Part shown: positions 29,410 to 40,614 of the stretch, piece after piece
Numbering within the stretch: the first letter of the stretch is position 1
Layout of the letters: every line of letters starts with the position of its first letter
Source of the DNA: a virus
Lineage: Duplodnaviria > Caudoviricetes
Length of the DNA: 64,000 nucleotides
IMG/VR virus record: IMGVR_UViG_3300005546_000001
Location: 1-64,000 of that record
Strand: one strand, 5' to 3'
Made by a program: the position numbers and the translations under genes
The notes under the pieces: generated by a model
What the model was told of the DNA's origin: nothing
The model's database searches: none
What the model saw: only the letters and a program-made list of their open reading frames with translations

Positions 29410-31605
29410 ATGCCAAACACACCAGGAACCCTTGTATTTCCAACAACACTTGATGATGTTATTTCATTATTTGAAGTAACTAATCGCGCAACTACAACTA
29501 TATCTACATCGGCTAATTCTGGTGACACTACTATAATAGTAGCTAGTACAGCACTATTTCCATCTACTGGGGCAATCAGTATTGAAAACGAAGTAATTTA
29601 TTATACTGGGAAAACTAGTACTACGTTTACTGGATGTCTTAGAGCATCAAATGGTACATCTGCTGCCGCCCATTCATCTGGAGTTGCAGTAGATGGATTT
29701 ATAATAGCCCCACACCATTCTATTCTTTCTTCAGCAATTATCGCTCTGGAAACAAAGGTAGGGTACGGTGCATCGAATCAAACTCCTACTACAGTGGGAC
29801 ATGTCCTAAAAGTAACCGCTGCCGGACAAACAGCTTGGGGTGCTCCCGGTGCTGGAGCATGGGGTACAATTACTGGAACGCTATCTTCTCAGACCGATCT
29901 CCAAGCTGCACTAGACGCAAAGGCGAATGTAGGATCTACCGGATTAGGTAATCCTACTGCAACTATCGGATTGACTGCTGTAAATGGAAGTGCCGGTACG
30001 GGATTGAGATCAGATGGCGCCCCCGCTCTGAGCCAAGCAATTGTACCCACATGGACTGGTATTCATACATTTATACAATCCCCAGCAGCAGATCCTGCTC
30101 AAAGCAATTCGGCTGTAGTTAATATCTTCCGTGGAGCAGACTCATCATCCGGAACTCCGCTAAATTCAGATCTCCCATCAACTTACTTTCAGACTATCAG
30201 AACTGGCGGAACGCACAGTGGCGCAAGATTTGGATTTCTGTGGAACTATCAAGTAAGCGGAGCATCTGCCGCTGATAATTATGTAAATTACACAATTGCC
30301 AGACTGACACCATCAATGTCTGGAGCCCCTAGTGGTGATTATTTTCACGAAATAAATAGAAATTATTTAATCTTATCAGCAACTAATATTTCAGGGCAAA
30401 ATATTCATGGGTACACCAATACAGCAGTAGCTGAAAGAACCGTAAGCGGGGTTAGAGTAGTCGGAACCTATACTGAACTCAGAAACAATACATCGGCGGA
30501 TGCTAATGTATCTACTGGGTCAATAGATAGTACCTTTAATTTAGTTACATCTCAAGGAACCGGATTTCACAATACTGGGTTGTGGTATGCAGAAGGCCCA
30601 TCAAATGCAACATCCGGTTACTTCGGAGCGTTTTTTGCAGCTAATTCCGTAGTTCAGAGAATTTTTGATTTGTCAATTGCTACACAGACTTTACAAGGAA
30701 CATGGACCGCAACAAATGGTAGTACATCTGTAACCGGAAGTGGTGGACATGCCGATGTAGAGGTAGTGGCCGGAGACTGGTTGCTAATCAATGGTACATA
30801 TGCCCGGGCCGGATCAGCCACAGCAAATGCAATTACATTATCATCAAACTTTACGGGAACCACCGGCTCTAGCTTAACAATCACGAAGTCAGCACAAGCC
30901 ATGTGGTTGAGAGAAAACCAGCCCATCGCCGCGCTTAATCATGCCGGAACAGCACGCAAGGAGATTCTACGGTATGGTGAAGATGACCACATCTATCTAG
31001 ATAACGATGCTGTTGGAACCATATGCAAGAGTTATATTAGCTTTGGGACGAATACGGCGGCAGCGCCGTCAGACACCCTAACGTCTGGTTGGCGTATTGT
31101 TGGATATGACGGTGGCTCAGGCGCTCGCTACGGCGACGGTGTTGAATCCGGTTATAGATGGACACTTGGAAATGGGCAAAAGTTTTATGTAAGTGGCAGC
31201 AATTCACCTGTTATAGCGCTAACGCTAGAATCAACGGCAGCGGCTACATTTGCTAGCTCTGTTAATGCGCAGTACTTCGCCCCAGCTAAGGGGATTGTAA
31301 ACGTTTCAAACGGTTTAAATAGCAATATAAATATAGGGACAGTTGGATTTGTGCGGCAAGGTGGTGCGACCGGTGCCTTTTCTCTAGGTGGTTTTACTGG
31401 TGGTGTCGATGGCCGAGTGCTTTATTGGTTCAATAATACAGCTCAAACTATGACTATTGTGAATGAAGATGCGAGTTCAACGGCAGCAAATAGAGTTGCA
31501 ACGTTGACTGGTGGAAATGTTGTACTAAGAGCAACTGCCCAAAGTTTTGCAATGTTTATTTACAGTGGATCAGATAGTAGATGGATTCTTGTTTCAACTA
31601 ATTAA
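29410..31605 (+). CDS. tail fibre / virion protein
   Basis: Gly/Thr/Ser-rich; WGTITGTLSSQTDLQAAL motif. Confidence 0.75.
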   Translation: MPNTPGTLVFPTTLDDVISLFEVTNRATTTISTSANSGDTTIIVASTALFPSTGAISIENEVIYYTGKTSTTFTGCLRASNGTSAAAHSSGVAVDGFIIAPHHSILSSAIIALETKVGYGASNQTPTTVGHVLKVTAAGQTAWGAPGAGAWGTITGTLSSQTDLQAALDAKANVGSTGLGNPTATIGLTAVNGSAGTGLRSDGAPALSQAIVPTWTGIHTFIQSPAADPAQSNSAVVNIFRGADSSSGTPLNSDLPSTYFQTIRTGGTHSGARFGFLWNYQVSGASAADNYVNYTIARLTPSMSGAPSGDYFHEINRNYLILSATNISGQNIHGYTNTAVAERTVSGVRVVGTYTELRNNTSADANVSTGSIDSTFNLVTSQGTGFHNTGLWYAEGPSNATSGYFGAFFAANSVVQRIFDLSIATQTLQGTWTATNGSTSVTGSGGHADVEVVAGDWLLINGTYARAGSATANAITLSSNFTGTTGSSLTITKSAQAMWLRENQPIAALNHAGTARKEILRYGEDDHIYLDNDAVGTICKSYISFGTNTAAAPSDTLTSGWRIVGYDGGSGARYGDGVESGYRWTLGNGQKFYVSGSNSPVIALTLESTAAATFASSVNAQYFAPAKGIVNVSNGLNSNINIGTVGFVRQGGATGAFSLGGFTGGVDGRVLYWFNNTAQTMTIVNEDASSTAANRVATLTGGNVVLRATAQSFAMFIYSGSDSRWILVSTN

Positions 31606-31607
31606 AA

Positions 31608-34600
31608 ATGACAATTAGATACAATCAGGAACGATATAACGAAAAGACATACGGTGGGGTGACATCCGGTGTCACTCCTCCACCATCTGGTGGAACAAAT
31701 TTAAGTCTTTTCGTGGGGCCTACTGATTGGACCAGTCGCGTTACTTGGAAAGATTTTAAGTTTTCATTTAGACAGGGTGTTGGTGTAGCAGCTACATTTG
31801 GAATAGAAGTAAGCGATGTAGTGGAACTTGCTCCAACGTGTTCAAGTCAGTTTATTCTAACCATGCCAACTGGCGAGAAGTTTGTTCTAGTTCCCACTGG
31901 AATTCCACAGACTTTATATCGCTACGATGCTCATGATACCCCACCAGTCATAGTTTATACATACGATACAATCGATATTGTTTCTGCTCTTGATAGAGTT
32001 CCTATTCCAGTTCATCAATTTATAGAATCTACTGCCCAAGAAATCATTACAACTTTAGTAGCGGAGATGAATTCCGCGATAGATGTTTCGGGGGTCGCAA
32101 CTGGAAATGACGTTCCGTATTTAGATACAAATGATTTTGTAAAATTTAGTGACGTTGTAAAAGCCGCGCCAATAGCAACTGGTGGATACACAGTTCAGAT
32201 CGATCCAACTCTAAATAACGGATTCGCTATAAAAGGCGATTTTAAAGACAACTTTAGTGCATCTGGAATTGCTGTTGACAAAGATTCTGGAGATTTTACT
32301 CCGCAAAAGGAACCTATTGTTCCTGATACCAATGTAATTAATTATCAAAGAGTTAAAAGTACTAAACCCGGCCCCGATCATACTGGAATGGAATTTAGAG
32401 AAATCGATCTTCTAAATCCCTCATTTAAACTTAAAACCCTTCCATATGGTTTGGATGGAACTGAGCTTATTAACTTTCAAATTGATGATGGAAGTATTAC
32501 TGGGGCGGACACATCCGGACTTCCAAATGTAATTCCCCTTCACTATCCAGTTCAAATTGAAGTAGCAGATATCTCGATAAATGGTGGTGCTGGCGAACTA
32601 TTCGGTGTTATTGGCAGAAATAATACTCCAGTTGTATCTGTAATAATCGGAAGTAACACCATCGGTGCCAAGGTAGCTGGAATATCACACACGCAATTAA
32701 TTCCATTCGTTCCATTTGGGCACGCACCAGATATAGATCATCAGTATTACTATGATTGGTATGCGGTTTGGACAGCTTCTGGTTTAGAAGTCTCGATAGT
32801 TGAAAACTATCTTAATAATTTAGCTGGAGAAACCCCTCTTGCTACAGTTACAGCTATTAACCAGAATTCTGGGATTGTAACTATTAGTCTTTTGGGAGCA
32901 TCCACAGTAGATGATATTCCAACATCGATTAGATTTTTTGATTCGAGTGATCCAACAAATGTCCGTGGATTTTCAACTATTAAATCTCGATCTGGTTCAG
33001 CTATTGAAATAGATAGCTGGCCAACAGATTTAGCTGTTGGCGATAAACTGGCGTCAAGCGATTCGGCAAGTGTTACAATAACAGAAAAAACGATATATAG
33101 CGGCGCAGCACCCGCTAATCGATATGGGAAACCACAACTCGTAGTTTCAAATGGTGGGGGGGTAACGGCGCGACAGTGGACAGCATCTTACGGTCCTGCC
33201 ATAGATGCTGTACTCTTAGACAATCCATATACAGGAGCACCCGGCAGAAGACTTCGAGTTGATACCGTTGCTTCTCGTTCTACTGACTTAGTTATAGCTA
33301 AATCCGGAAACACAGCAATCTGTACAATCGTTGGCGAACGCCTGCCGCTTCGGGGTGTAGCTAGAATTCTTTTGAACTATGATGTCGCAAAAATCATCGA
33401 TGTTACAGTTCAAGATTCAGCTTCTATATCTAGATGTGGGATACGACAGGGTGATATAATTGAATCTGACGCAGTTTTATCCCCTGATGAAGCTACAGCA
33501 CTGGGACAGTCTGTTCTTGATGAGTTTGCAAATCCAAAACCAAAAGGAACTATAACAAGAGAATCTTGGTTAACAACTAGCTTTCCTTGTCCAAATTATA
33601 CTGCTGATATTGATGTTCCTACGCAGTATGGAATTGATCCGACAACCGTATCTATATCTGATGTAAGCGTAGATTTTGGTGGATATGATTGGGAAGCCGA
33701 CGAAGGTGTCTTAATTTATCAGATATCTCTTGGAAATCTTGATCTTCAAGATGCTATTAATCGTCAGCTATTAGCCAATCAAGTTTCTACTGGACTCCAA
33801 TTCCGACCACTATCCGCGCCAGGATCGCGAATTTCAAGTGCATCTTGGAATGATGTTGATGCAGTTTCAATAGGAGTAAGTGGAACTGTATCTCTAAATG
33901 GAAAGACTGCTTCAAGCACATTTAATCCAGCAGACTATGCAGTTGGGGATCTTCGTGAAGCCCCAGTAGCTCTTGGTGGAGCTGTTACAAGTGGTGAAGT
34001 AGTTGGAGAACTTTTAGTAGAAATTATTTATCCACCACTTGATATTGATGCAGCGTCGGTTCAATGCCACTATCACCCCAAAACTAATTTAGTTATATAT
34101 CGCTGGGGGCGCCCACCGGGATTTATTTCTGGCAAAATAAAACGTAAGGTAGATGATGGAACAAATACCGATACTCTTGTATACAAACAAGTTGATGAAA
34201 TTTTTAATGAGCAGTATTCTCTACCATACGAGCCAGCTAGTAAATCCATAGAAGTCTTAACTGTAGGACTTGGTGATAAAGAAGGTGCTGGTGGGTACAT
34301 AGAACTGACATGCGTTCTTCCTCCATTAGTTGCACCAACAACATTTGATGTTGTCAAGTTTAAGCACAATGATACGATTGTTTTTGAAATCAGCCCACCA
34401 CCAACTGGTTCTGAAATAACAGGAAGAGCAAAATTCTTAAGAGTTTTAATCAGCGAAAATCCAGCATCGGCTCCAACAGTTCGCGCTGACTTTCCAGCCG
34501 ATGATGATGATGTAGCCAAGTACGAAGAAACTCCACCACCAGATGGAACTCCGTGGAGAATGCGCGTTCCATTTGTTGATACTGAAGCTGATGATACGGT

Positions 34601-37109
34601 GTACGCAGCAGCATGCTGGGTTGATGGGTTTTTAGAAGAAGGATTATTAACCACCCCATTCGATGCCACGGCGCCACCAATGTCAATCGGATCGATTTCA
34701 ACATCCGATTTCTTCAGATCAGATACTCAGGCCAACGGTGGAACTGTTGAAGACGACAACGAGTTAACTGGGGATACAGAGTTCACCGGAGTTTTTAGAT
34801 ACCACCTCGGGCACCACAATAGTAATATAAAACCGATATTTGAAGAATCTAATCCAATGACTGCTCCTACGGATACACCCACATGGAGCGGTCATTATGT
34901 AAAATCAAATCAGGATGTATCAGACGCTGATGTAACAAACGGTTATATCGATATCGAACTAAACAAAAAATTTCGAATGGGCCGAAAGAAGTGGAGAGCT
35001 TATCGGCCAGTTCAATTCACTGTAAAGGGCGTTAAAGTCCATGAACGAATTGGACCATCTCTAGAAGAAGAACGTACTAGAGAAATGATGTATCTCGTTG
35101 GATTTAATGGGTCGTCGTTTCCAGCCGTAGTTCCACATGTGGCTGATGGCTACTTCAACTACAATAGTTTTGTATTTGTACCCGGAGTAAACGGTTTAGC
35201 TAATACGTTAGCCACCGTAACTGGTGGTAGAATAAAACAAATCGCTGATGGTTTCAAATATGCTTGGGACAACATAGATGACGTAGGAATTCGCCGATAC
35301 ATGGTAGTTTTTTCTACTACTGTATTTGGTACAAAAGGGCCGGGAACCGATTCTAGTATCAGTACAGCTTTAAATGCTATTGCTGGGCAAGGTGCAATTA
35401 CTGTTTATGAAGCTACAAATACGACAAAAAATGTTTCTGCTCATGCTGTTGATGTAGGAAAAGTAGATCACCTGACTTTCCATAACGGCGATATAATTGA
35501 TGGGGTGACATTCACAGCAGGAAGTACTTACTACGTTTCAGTTCTTGGACAAAAGAAGAATGGTCGGTGGTCAACTGCTTTTGCTACAATATTTAACACC
35601 GCATCCGGCCAGCCTGCTGGCGGAGATACTGTAGCTCCCGGCGGTACTCTCACAGCTCCGACGATTCGTGAACTAAAGCGCGGCGGGCTAAAAATCGACC
35701 TGACAGCACCTACCACTGGCAACCTGACGCTTAGGCGATCAAATGTCTATGTGGCTAATGGAAATCACTCTACCGCTACTCTATGGTTATCAGGCTCGGA
35801 TTTAACTAGTTCAACAGCAACAGAATCTGTTGGAGTAATCCAAGAACCACCTACTGGTGGGTTCACAATCCCTGCTGATAAAGCAGTGCTGGAAGCAATA
35901 TTCGGCACTGGGGCTACGATTTCTGTTTATGCTACGTGGACTAATGATATTGGAACTTCTGGTTTCTCTTCAGCAACAACTTATAATTTAGCTACAGGGG
36001 AAACAGGCGCAGTTCCTCGCGATCCTGCAGCCCCTAGTACGCTGGCAACCCCAGTTCTAGAATGGGATAGTCGTGGCGGCCTAATGATTCGCAATATGCG
36101 AGCATCTGTTGATGACAATACAATTACTCGCTACTTTGTCGTAGTGTACGATAATTCAACTACTTACTTCGATTTTGCCACAAAAACGACAGCAGCGAAT
36201 GAAGCCGCAGCAAGATTTGATGTAGGACTCGGCCACCGTGCTTTTCTAGGACTAAAGAAAAAGAAACTTACAAACGTATTTGGTTCTAGTGGAACCATTT
36301 ACGCCTACTATTATGCAGAAAACGCACAGGGGGTTTCATCGGCATCTGCTAATTCTGCTGGATTGAGTCTTGCTACAACCGCTGAGTATTTATCTGATAA
36401 CTATGATGCTGCGCGTGTTATAGATGTAAGTGCGTTAATGTCATCGCCACAAAATTTAATTGTTAATGGCGATTTTGGATTTTCTACGGCTACATCTACA
36501 ACTCTAAATAAGTGGAGAATGTGGTTTAAAAGCGCCGGGGTTAGCCAAGCGAATACATTAGCTATAACTACAACTAGTTCTGATTTAATTTGGGATCAAA
36601 CTAATCATTGTATTAAATGGCAAAATATTGGTGTAGCTCCTGTTGTACCACTTAGGGGTTTAGTTCCTGGGGATTATTTTACAGTAACTTTCTTAATTAA
36701 AAAAGTTGGGAGTGTTACTCCAGACTTGAGAGTTAAATTTGTTAGGGGCGGTACGACAACAGATGATACAGAATCGGCACCATCTGGAACAATAGCTCTA
36801 ACTACAAGCTATGTACTTGTAGGTGCAAGAATGAGACTATCTACCGGAGCTGATGGCTCAGTTACTCAATGGTTAGAATTTGATACACCAACTACTTTAG
36901 ATACTAGTAATTATTTAGTGATTGATAGAGTTAGTTTAACAAGAGGAAAGCAGCCACATTCTTATATGTGGAATGAAAGCGATGATCAAACTGTTTTTTT
37001 TGCCGCAAGTCCTGCGGCAATAACTTCGCCAGATGTATCTGATCCATCTGTTGGAATTCAGGGTGGATTTATTGATGATGCATCTCTGGCCGTTATAACT
37101 TTAACATAA
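31608..37109 (+). CDS. tail tip / central fibre protein with Fn3-like repeats and a C-terminal CBM-like domain
   Basis: 1833 aa, beta-rich; YYVSV, QNLIVNGDF. Confidence 0.75.
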   Translation: MTIRYNQERYNEKTYGGVTSGVTPPPSGGTNLSLFVGPTDWTSRVTWKDFKFSFRQGVGVAATFGIEVSDVVELAPTCSSQFILTMPTGEKFVLVPTGIPQTLYRYDAHDTPPVIVYTYDTIDIVSALDRVPIPVHQFIESTAQEIITTLVAEMNSAIDVSGVATGNDVPYLDTNDFVKFSDVVKAAPIATGGYTVQIDPTLNNGFAIKGDFKDNFSASGIAVDKDSGDFTPQKEPIVPDTNVINYQRVKSTKPGPDHTGMEFREIDLLNPSFKLKTLPYGLDGTELINFQIDDGSITGADTSGLPNVIPLHYPVQIEVADISINGGAGELFGVIGRNNTPVVSVIIGSNTIGAKVAGISHTQLIPFVPFGHAPDIDHQYYYDWYAVWTASGLEVSIVENYLNNLAGETPLATVTAINQNSGIVTISLLGASTVDDIPTSIRFFDSSDPTNVRGFSTIKSRSGSAIEIDSWPTDLAVGDKLASSDSASVTITEKTIYSGAAPANRYGKPQLVVSNGGGVTARQWTASYGPAIDAVLLDNPYTGAPGRRLRVDTVASRSTDLVIAKSGNTAICTIVGERLPLRGVARILLNYDVAKIIDVTVQDSASISRCGIRQGDIIESDAVLSPDEATALGQSVLDEFANPKPKGTITRESWLTTSFPCPNYTADIDVPTQYGIDPTTVSISDVSVDFGGYDWEADEGVLIYQISLGNLDLQDAINRQLLANQVSTGLQFRPLSAPGSRISSASWNDVDAVSIGVSGTVSLNGKTASSTFNPADYAVGDLREAPVALGGAVTSGEVVGELLVEIIYPPLDIDAASVQCHYHPKTNLVIYRWGRPPGFISGKIKRKVDDGTNTDTLVYKQVDEIFNEQYSLPYEPASKSIEVLTVGLGDKEGAGGYIELTCVLPPLVAPTTFDVVKFKHNDTIVFEISPPPTGSEITGRAKFLRVLISENPASAPTVRADFPADDDDVAKYEETPPPDGTPWRMRVPFVDTEADDTVYAAACWVDGFLEEGLLTTPFDATAPPMSIGSISTSDFFRSDTQANGGTVEDDNELTGDTEFTGVFRYHLGHHNSNIKPIFEESNPMTAPTDTPTWSGHYVKSNQDVSDADVTNGYIDIELNKKFRMGRKKWRAYRPVQFTVKGVKVHERIGPSLEEERTREMMYLVGFNGSSFPAVVPHVADGYFNYNSFVFVPGVNGLANTLATVTGGRIKQIADGFKYAWDNIDDVGIRRYMVVFSTTVFGTKGPGTDSSISTALNAIAGQGAITVYEATNTTKNVSAHAVDVGKVDHLTFHNGDIIDGVTFTAGSTYYVSVLGQKKNGRWSTAFATIFNTASGQPAGGDTVAPGGTLTAPTIRELKRGGLKIDLTAPTTGNLTLRRSNVYVANGNHSTATLWLSGSDLTSSTATESVGVIQEPPTGGFTIPADKAVLEAIFGTGATISVYATWTNDIGTSGFSSATTYNLATGETGAVPRDPAAPSTLATPVLEWDSRGGLMIRNMRASVDDNTITRYFVVVYDNSTTYFDFATKTTAANEAAARFDVGLGHRAFLGLKKKKLTNVFGSSGTIYAYYYAENAQGVSSASANSAGLSLATTAEYLSDNYDAARVIDVSALMSSPQNLIVNGDFGFSTATSTTLNKWRMWFKSAGVSQANTLAITTTSSDLIWDQTNHCIKWQNIGVAPVVPLRGLVPGDYFTVTFLIKKVGSVTPDLRVKFVRGGTTTDDTESAPSGTIALTTSYVLVGARMRLSTGADGSVTQWLEFDTPTTLDTSNYLVIDRVSLTRGKQPHSYMWNESDDQTVFFAASPAAITSPDVSDPSVGIQGGFIDDASLAVITLT

Positions 37110-37111
37110 AA

Positions 37112-37519
37112 ATGAAACCATTTAAAAGCGCGTTTAAATCTGGAGGAACAGATACTCAAATTAGCTTATCAACGGGCACAAAAGTAATAACAGGAGTACT
37201 AATTAAACCACTATCGTCAAATGAAACAGATATGATAATTATTAATTCATCTATGGCTCCAGATAAATCTGGCACCATCTCAATAGATGATGAAATTATC
37301 TATTATCATGGTTGTCACAAGGACGAACCCGGAACCTTGTTTGACCTATTGCGGGGGCAAGAAGGTACTGTTGCAACCGAGCATGCTATCGGAACAGCAG
37401 TCTCCATACACGGCGCTGCGCGACACGGAAATCCTGCGATTGTTGATTCTATGATTGCGATGCAGGAAAAAATTATCGATCTTGAAATGAGACTAGTAAA
37501 ACTAGAGAAAAAACCGTAA
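37112..37519 (+). CDS. virion protein paralogous to the N-terminus of 29410-31605
   Basis: GTISIDDEIIYY..LRG..GT.A..H..G..V shared with GAISIENEVIYY..LRA..GT.A..H..G..V. Confidence 0.7.
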   Translation: MKPFKSAFKSGGTDTQISLSTGTKVITGVLIKPLSSNETDMIIINSSMAPDKSGTISIDDEIIYYHGCHKDEPGTLFDLLRGQEGTVATEHAIGTAVSIHGAARHGNPAIVDSMIAMQEKIIDLEMRLVKLEKKP

Positions 37520-37560
37520 TAGTTGCAGCCAAAGACTTTATCTTTCAACAATTTATGGAA

Positions 37561-37575
37561 GGGGCATACTTGAAC
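37561..37575 (+). promoter_or_regulatory. putative late promoter motif (copy 2)
   Basis: GGGGCATACTTGAAC. Confidence 0.55.
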
Positions 37576-37576
37576 C

Positions 37577-38038
37577 TTGTTACGCATTGAAAACAAAGAA
37601 TTTAGAGATGGCGAGTTGCCTTCTTTCATAAAAAACACAATATTTCACTCATGTAAATTTAGAGGAAAACTCCCCGACTTCCATCTATGTGAATTTCATG
37701 ATTGTGATTTATCAGGAACTATAGTTAGGGAACTTGTTGAATGCATGTTATTTTCTTGCAACCTCAATCATGCTAATTTTTCGGATGCAGATGTGAGGTT
37801 CTCCAAGACAAACGCTGGTTCCCCTTGCACCGCTTATGGAGCCGAGTGGCAGGGAGTTTGCTGTACTCTAGACTGCGGTTGGTTTTCTGGAATTAAAGCA
37901 AATGAAGAAGATGCTGAAATATTTCTTATAATGAGCACGCTTCCTGATACCCCACTTAGAAAGAAACTTTTAAGGGGATTTTCTCCCGAACTTTTGCGTG
38001 AAACTAGAAGGCGAATGAAAAAGAATTTTCGGGCTTGA
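37577..38038 (+). CDS. pentapeptide-repeat-like protein
   Basis: CEFHDCDLSG, CNLNHANFSDADV. Confidence 0.6.
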   Translation: MLRIENKEFRDGELPSFIKNTIFHSCKFRGKLPDFHLCEFHDCDLSGTIVRELVECMLFSCNLNHANFSDADVRFSKTNAGSPCTAYGAEWQGVCCTLDCGWFSGIKANEEDAEIFLIMSTLPDTPLRKKLLRGFSPELLRETRRRMKKNFRA

Positions 38039-38063
38039 CACAAGTTTAAGAATTCGTTAAAAT
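38035..38063 (+). promoter_or_regulatory. sigma70 promoter
   Basis: TTGACA-17-TAAAAT. Confidence 0.75.
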
Positions 38064-38069
38064 AGAAGC

Positions 38070-38375
38070 ATGAAAACACCCAAAGATAAGGTTACTCTTT
38101 TGTCTGAAGCAAGAAAAAAGAGAGAAGAAAAACAAGTTGCTGTTCGAAATTCAATTCTTTTAAGCAAAGCAGAAAGACGGGAAGTTCAAGGATTTAAAGC
38201 GCGTCAACGAGAAATTGATACCATACAGAATCCTCTAAACTCAGATTATAGAGAATTTCTAGCCGAACTCCAGACTAAATATTCAATAACAATTGGCGTA
38301 ACGCATCAACTTGACATTGATAGCTATGAATTAGTTCCAATGCCAGAGCAACCAAAAACCCCGGAGACTGCATGA
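38070..38375 (+). CDS. hypothetical protein
   Basis: ORF directly after promoter. Confidence 0.65.
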   Translation: MKTPKDKVTLLSEARKKREEKQVAVRNSILLSKAERREVQGFKARQREIDTIQNPLNSDYREFLAELQTKYSITIGVTHQLDIDSYELVPMPEQPKTPETA

Positions 38376-38671
38376 AAGTAACAACTTCAAGCAGTATTAA
38401 ACCTACAGAAGCCTTTTTTGGTGCCAAGGTAACTCGATGCAGATGCGGAGATCCTTGGAAAATCCATGCGTGCCATTGTTCACTATATAATGCGGACCCC
38501 AAAGAACACTTGGGTCAACCATGTCCTTATGGAAACGATCCTTGTCCAATTGGGGTACAAGATGATCTAGGAATTGTTTCTTACTGGCATAAAAACCCAT
38601 TAAAACGTTTTGTTTACTGGTTTAGAACCAGAATTTTGAATGAGAGAGTCAATGATGAAGAAAGTTTATAA
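38372..38671 (+). CDS. Cys-rich hypothetical protein
   Basis: DLGIVSYWHKNPLKR. Confidence 0.6.
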   Translation: MKVTTSSSIKPTEAFFGAKVTRCRCGDPWKIHACHCSLYNADPKEHLGQPCPYGNDPCPIGVQDDLGIVSYWHKNPLKRFVYWFRTRILNERVNDEESL

Positions 38672-38876
38672 AGTATTTTCAGTTGAACCGCAGCAAGTAG
38701 AGGTCGTGGCTAATGTGGGTGGAAAACCCACCAAAGTCTTGGCGCCTACTGTTGTAGCTCAACTTGTACCTGTTCATGATGATGGTTCTGGAACACTCAA
38801 AACCGCTGTAGATGCCGAGAATCTTAAGATGTTCGAATTGGGCGATGAAGTGACAGTTACCTTTTCATCGGAGTAA
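38652..38876 (+). CDS. hypothetical protein
   Basis: FELGDEVTVTF. Confidence 0.55.
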   Translation: MMKKVYKVFSVEPQQVEVVANVGGKPTKVLAPTVVAQLVPVHDDGSGTLKTAVDAENLKMFELGDEVTVTFSSE

Positions 38877-39435
38877 TTTGATTTGGCCGAATTGCACTTG
38901 CTTCGGACAATTCTTTTTCTAAAGCTTCAATTGCCAAAATCGCCTTTTCCTTTTTAATTATAAGATATGGCAGTATAGCTTTTAATAGTTCTACTACATC
39001 ATATTTCCTAGCCACGCTCCATTTGTAGCAGCGTTTTCTGTTACCTTTTGGTCGATAAGAACTAACTGTCCCTACAAACTGTGCAACCCATCTTATACAT
39101 GGTTCATCAGTAAGAGACATTGTTACGGAATAATGTGGAATATCATATTGCTTGGATTTGATTATACTTCCTTCACCATCAACTAATCCTGCGATATATG
39201 CGTGAATTGCCACATCGTTTGGCAACTTTATGGTTTTGGACCATGCTGAACCAACAGCATGACCGGCTCTGTAGCCATATCGTCGATTAAATAATCTATA
39301 TAAAGCTGCCCTATCTCGTTCTAATTCTTCAGCTAATTTACCTATAGTTAGCCTTTCAGAAATCAGGCGATTATACAAGGCATCTGATTGCTCAGTGGTT
39401 AAATAAGGACCACGAGTGTAATTTTTTACTTTCAT
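38857..39435 (-). mobile_element. free-standing LAGLIDADG homing endonuclease, antisense to the late operon
   Basis: AYIAGLVDGEGSI, ILPYLIIKKE; own TTGTGC-17-TAACAT promoter. Confidence 0.85.
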
Positions 39436-39512
39436 GGTAACTATGTTATCATATTTTCAACTTTAGCACAAGAGCTAAATGACAACAGGTAACTGTTGAA
39501 AGGAAAGAACTT

Positions 39513-39878
39513 ATGGCCACGGTGTTTTCAAATTCTGGGAAAGATATCGTCACCAATAGAATCAAAGGCTCTGGAACCGAACCAAACTATTGCGCGGTTG
39601 GAACTGGTGCTGGTACAGCCGCAATCACCGATACAACTTTATTTACAGAAGTTGAAACAAGGGTTGCTGGAACATCCACCCGCCAAACAACCACAACCAC
39701 CAACGATACATACCAGTCTGTAGGTACTATTTCTATCACTGCAACACGCGCCCTAACCAATGCAGGTTTATTTGATGCTTCTTCATCTGGCAACATGCTG
39801 ATTAAGGGAGATTTTTCGACAATAAATCTCGTAAATGGTGATTCGATCCAAATAACTGGCAAGTTGTCCTTCACCTAA
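39513..39878 (+). CDS. virion structural (collar-like) protein
   Basis: AVGTGA..A..TDT.L, AGLFDASSSGNML, INLVNGDSIQIT. Confidence 0.75.
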   Translation: MATVFSNSGKDIVTNRIKGSGTEPNYCAVGTGAGTAAITDTTLFTEVETRVAGTSTRQTTTTTNDTYQSVGTISITATRALTNAGLFDASSSGNMLIKGDFSTINLVNGDSIQITGKLSFT

Positions 39879-40084
39879 TGCGGTGGCACCAAATTAAGCA
39901 TGGTAAATGGTGGATGCTCCAGTGGGGAAAACCTATTTTCTTTTCGCTTGGTATTCACATTGACCCAAGGATTTGGTATGTTGATCTGCATTTAATCGCT
40001 TGTATTATTACTTTTGGTCATTGTGAAAAGGCTTATACTGACTACAAAGCATGGTGGGCATCTAGGAGTCTAGAAAACGAATGA
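39878..40084 (+). CDS. hypothetical protein
   Basis: TAATG and ATGA overlaps. Confidence 0.5.
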   Translation: MRWHQIKHGKWWMLQWGKPIFFSLGIHIDPRIWYVDLHLIACIITFGHCEKAYTDYKAWWASRSLENE

Positions 40085-40614
40085 GCGTAGTTGTTACTAA
40101 GTTTCCAACATCAAATTCTGTAGACACCGGGGCCGGACTAACGAATCCAAATAACGCGCACGCCGATGATGGTTCTTATGCCACCGCCGCACCGGGGAAG
40201 AATTTAAGCCTCGGGACTGCTTATGCTGGATTTGGATTTGACAGCGCAATACCATCTGGTGCCACAATAACCAAAGTTCAAATTATCTACCAGTATAAAA
40301 CTAGTACTACAAGTTCAGTAGCAACAGCAAGAGTCGGCGCTCAAGTCAGTACTGTGAATCAAGCAACTCACGATGATACATCTGAGCCTGCGGGTGATAC
40401 CACTATCACAGTTGACATAACTGCTGATCGTTCTTGGACACAAGCAAATCTTCTTGATGCTAATTTTAAGGCTAGATTATTGGCGGTTCAGGGAAGTAGT
40501 AGCACAGCCGTTACATTTTCATTCGATTTTATTCAAGTAGAAGTTACGTATACAACTATGTATACCGAATTAGAAAGTATAGGACGTGGCATGCTCCGAG
40601 GAGCCTTTAGATAA
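40081..40614 (+). CDS. jelly-roll-like virion protein
   Basis: TNPNNAHADD, FGF..IPSGATI, DFIQVEVTY. Confidence 0.7.
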   Translation: MSVVVTKFPTSNSVDTGAGLTNPNNAHADDGSYATAAPGKNLSLGTAYAGFGFDSAIPSGATITKVQIIYQYKTSTTSSVATARVGAQVSTVNQATHDDTSEPAGDTTITVDITADRSWTQANLLDANFKARLLAVQGSSSTAVTFSFDFIQVEVTYTTMYTELESIGRGMLRGAFR

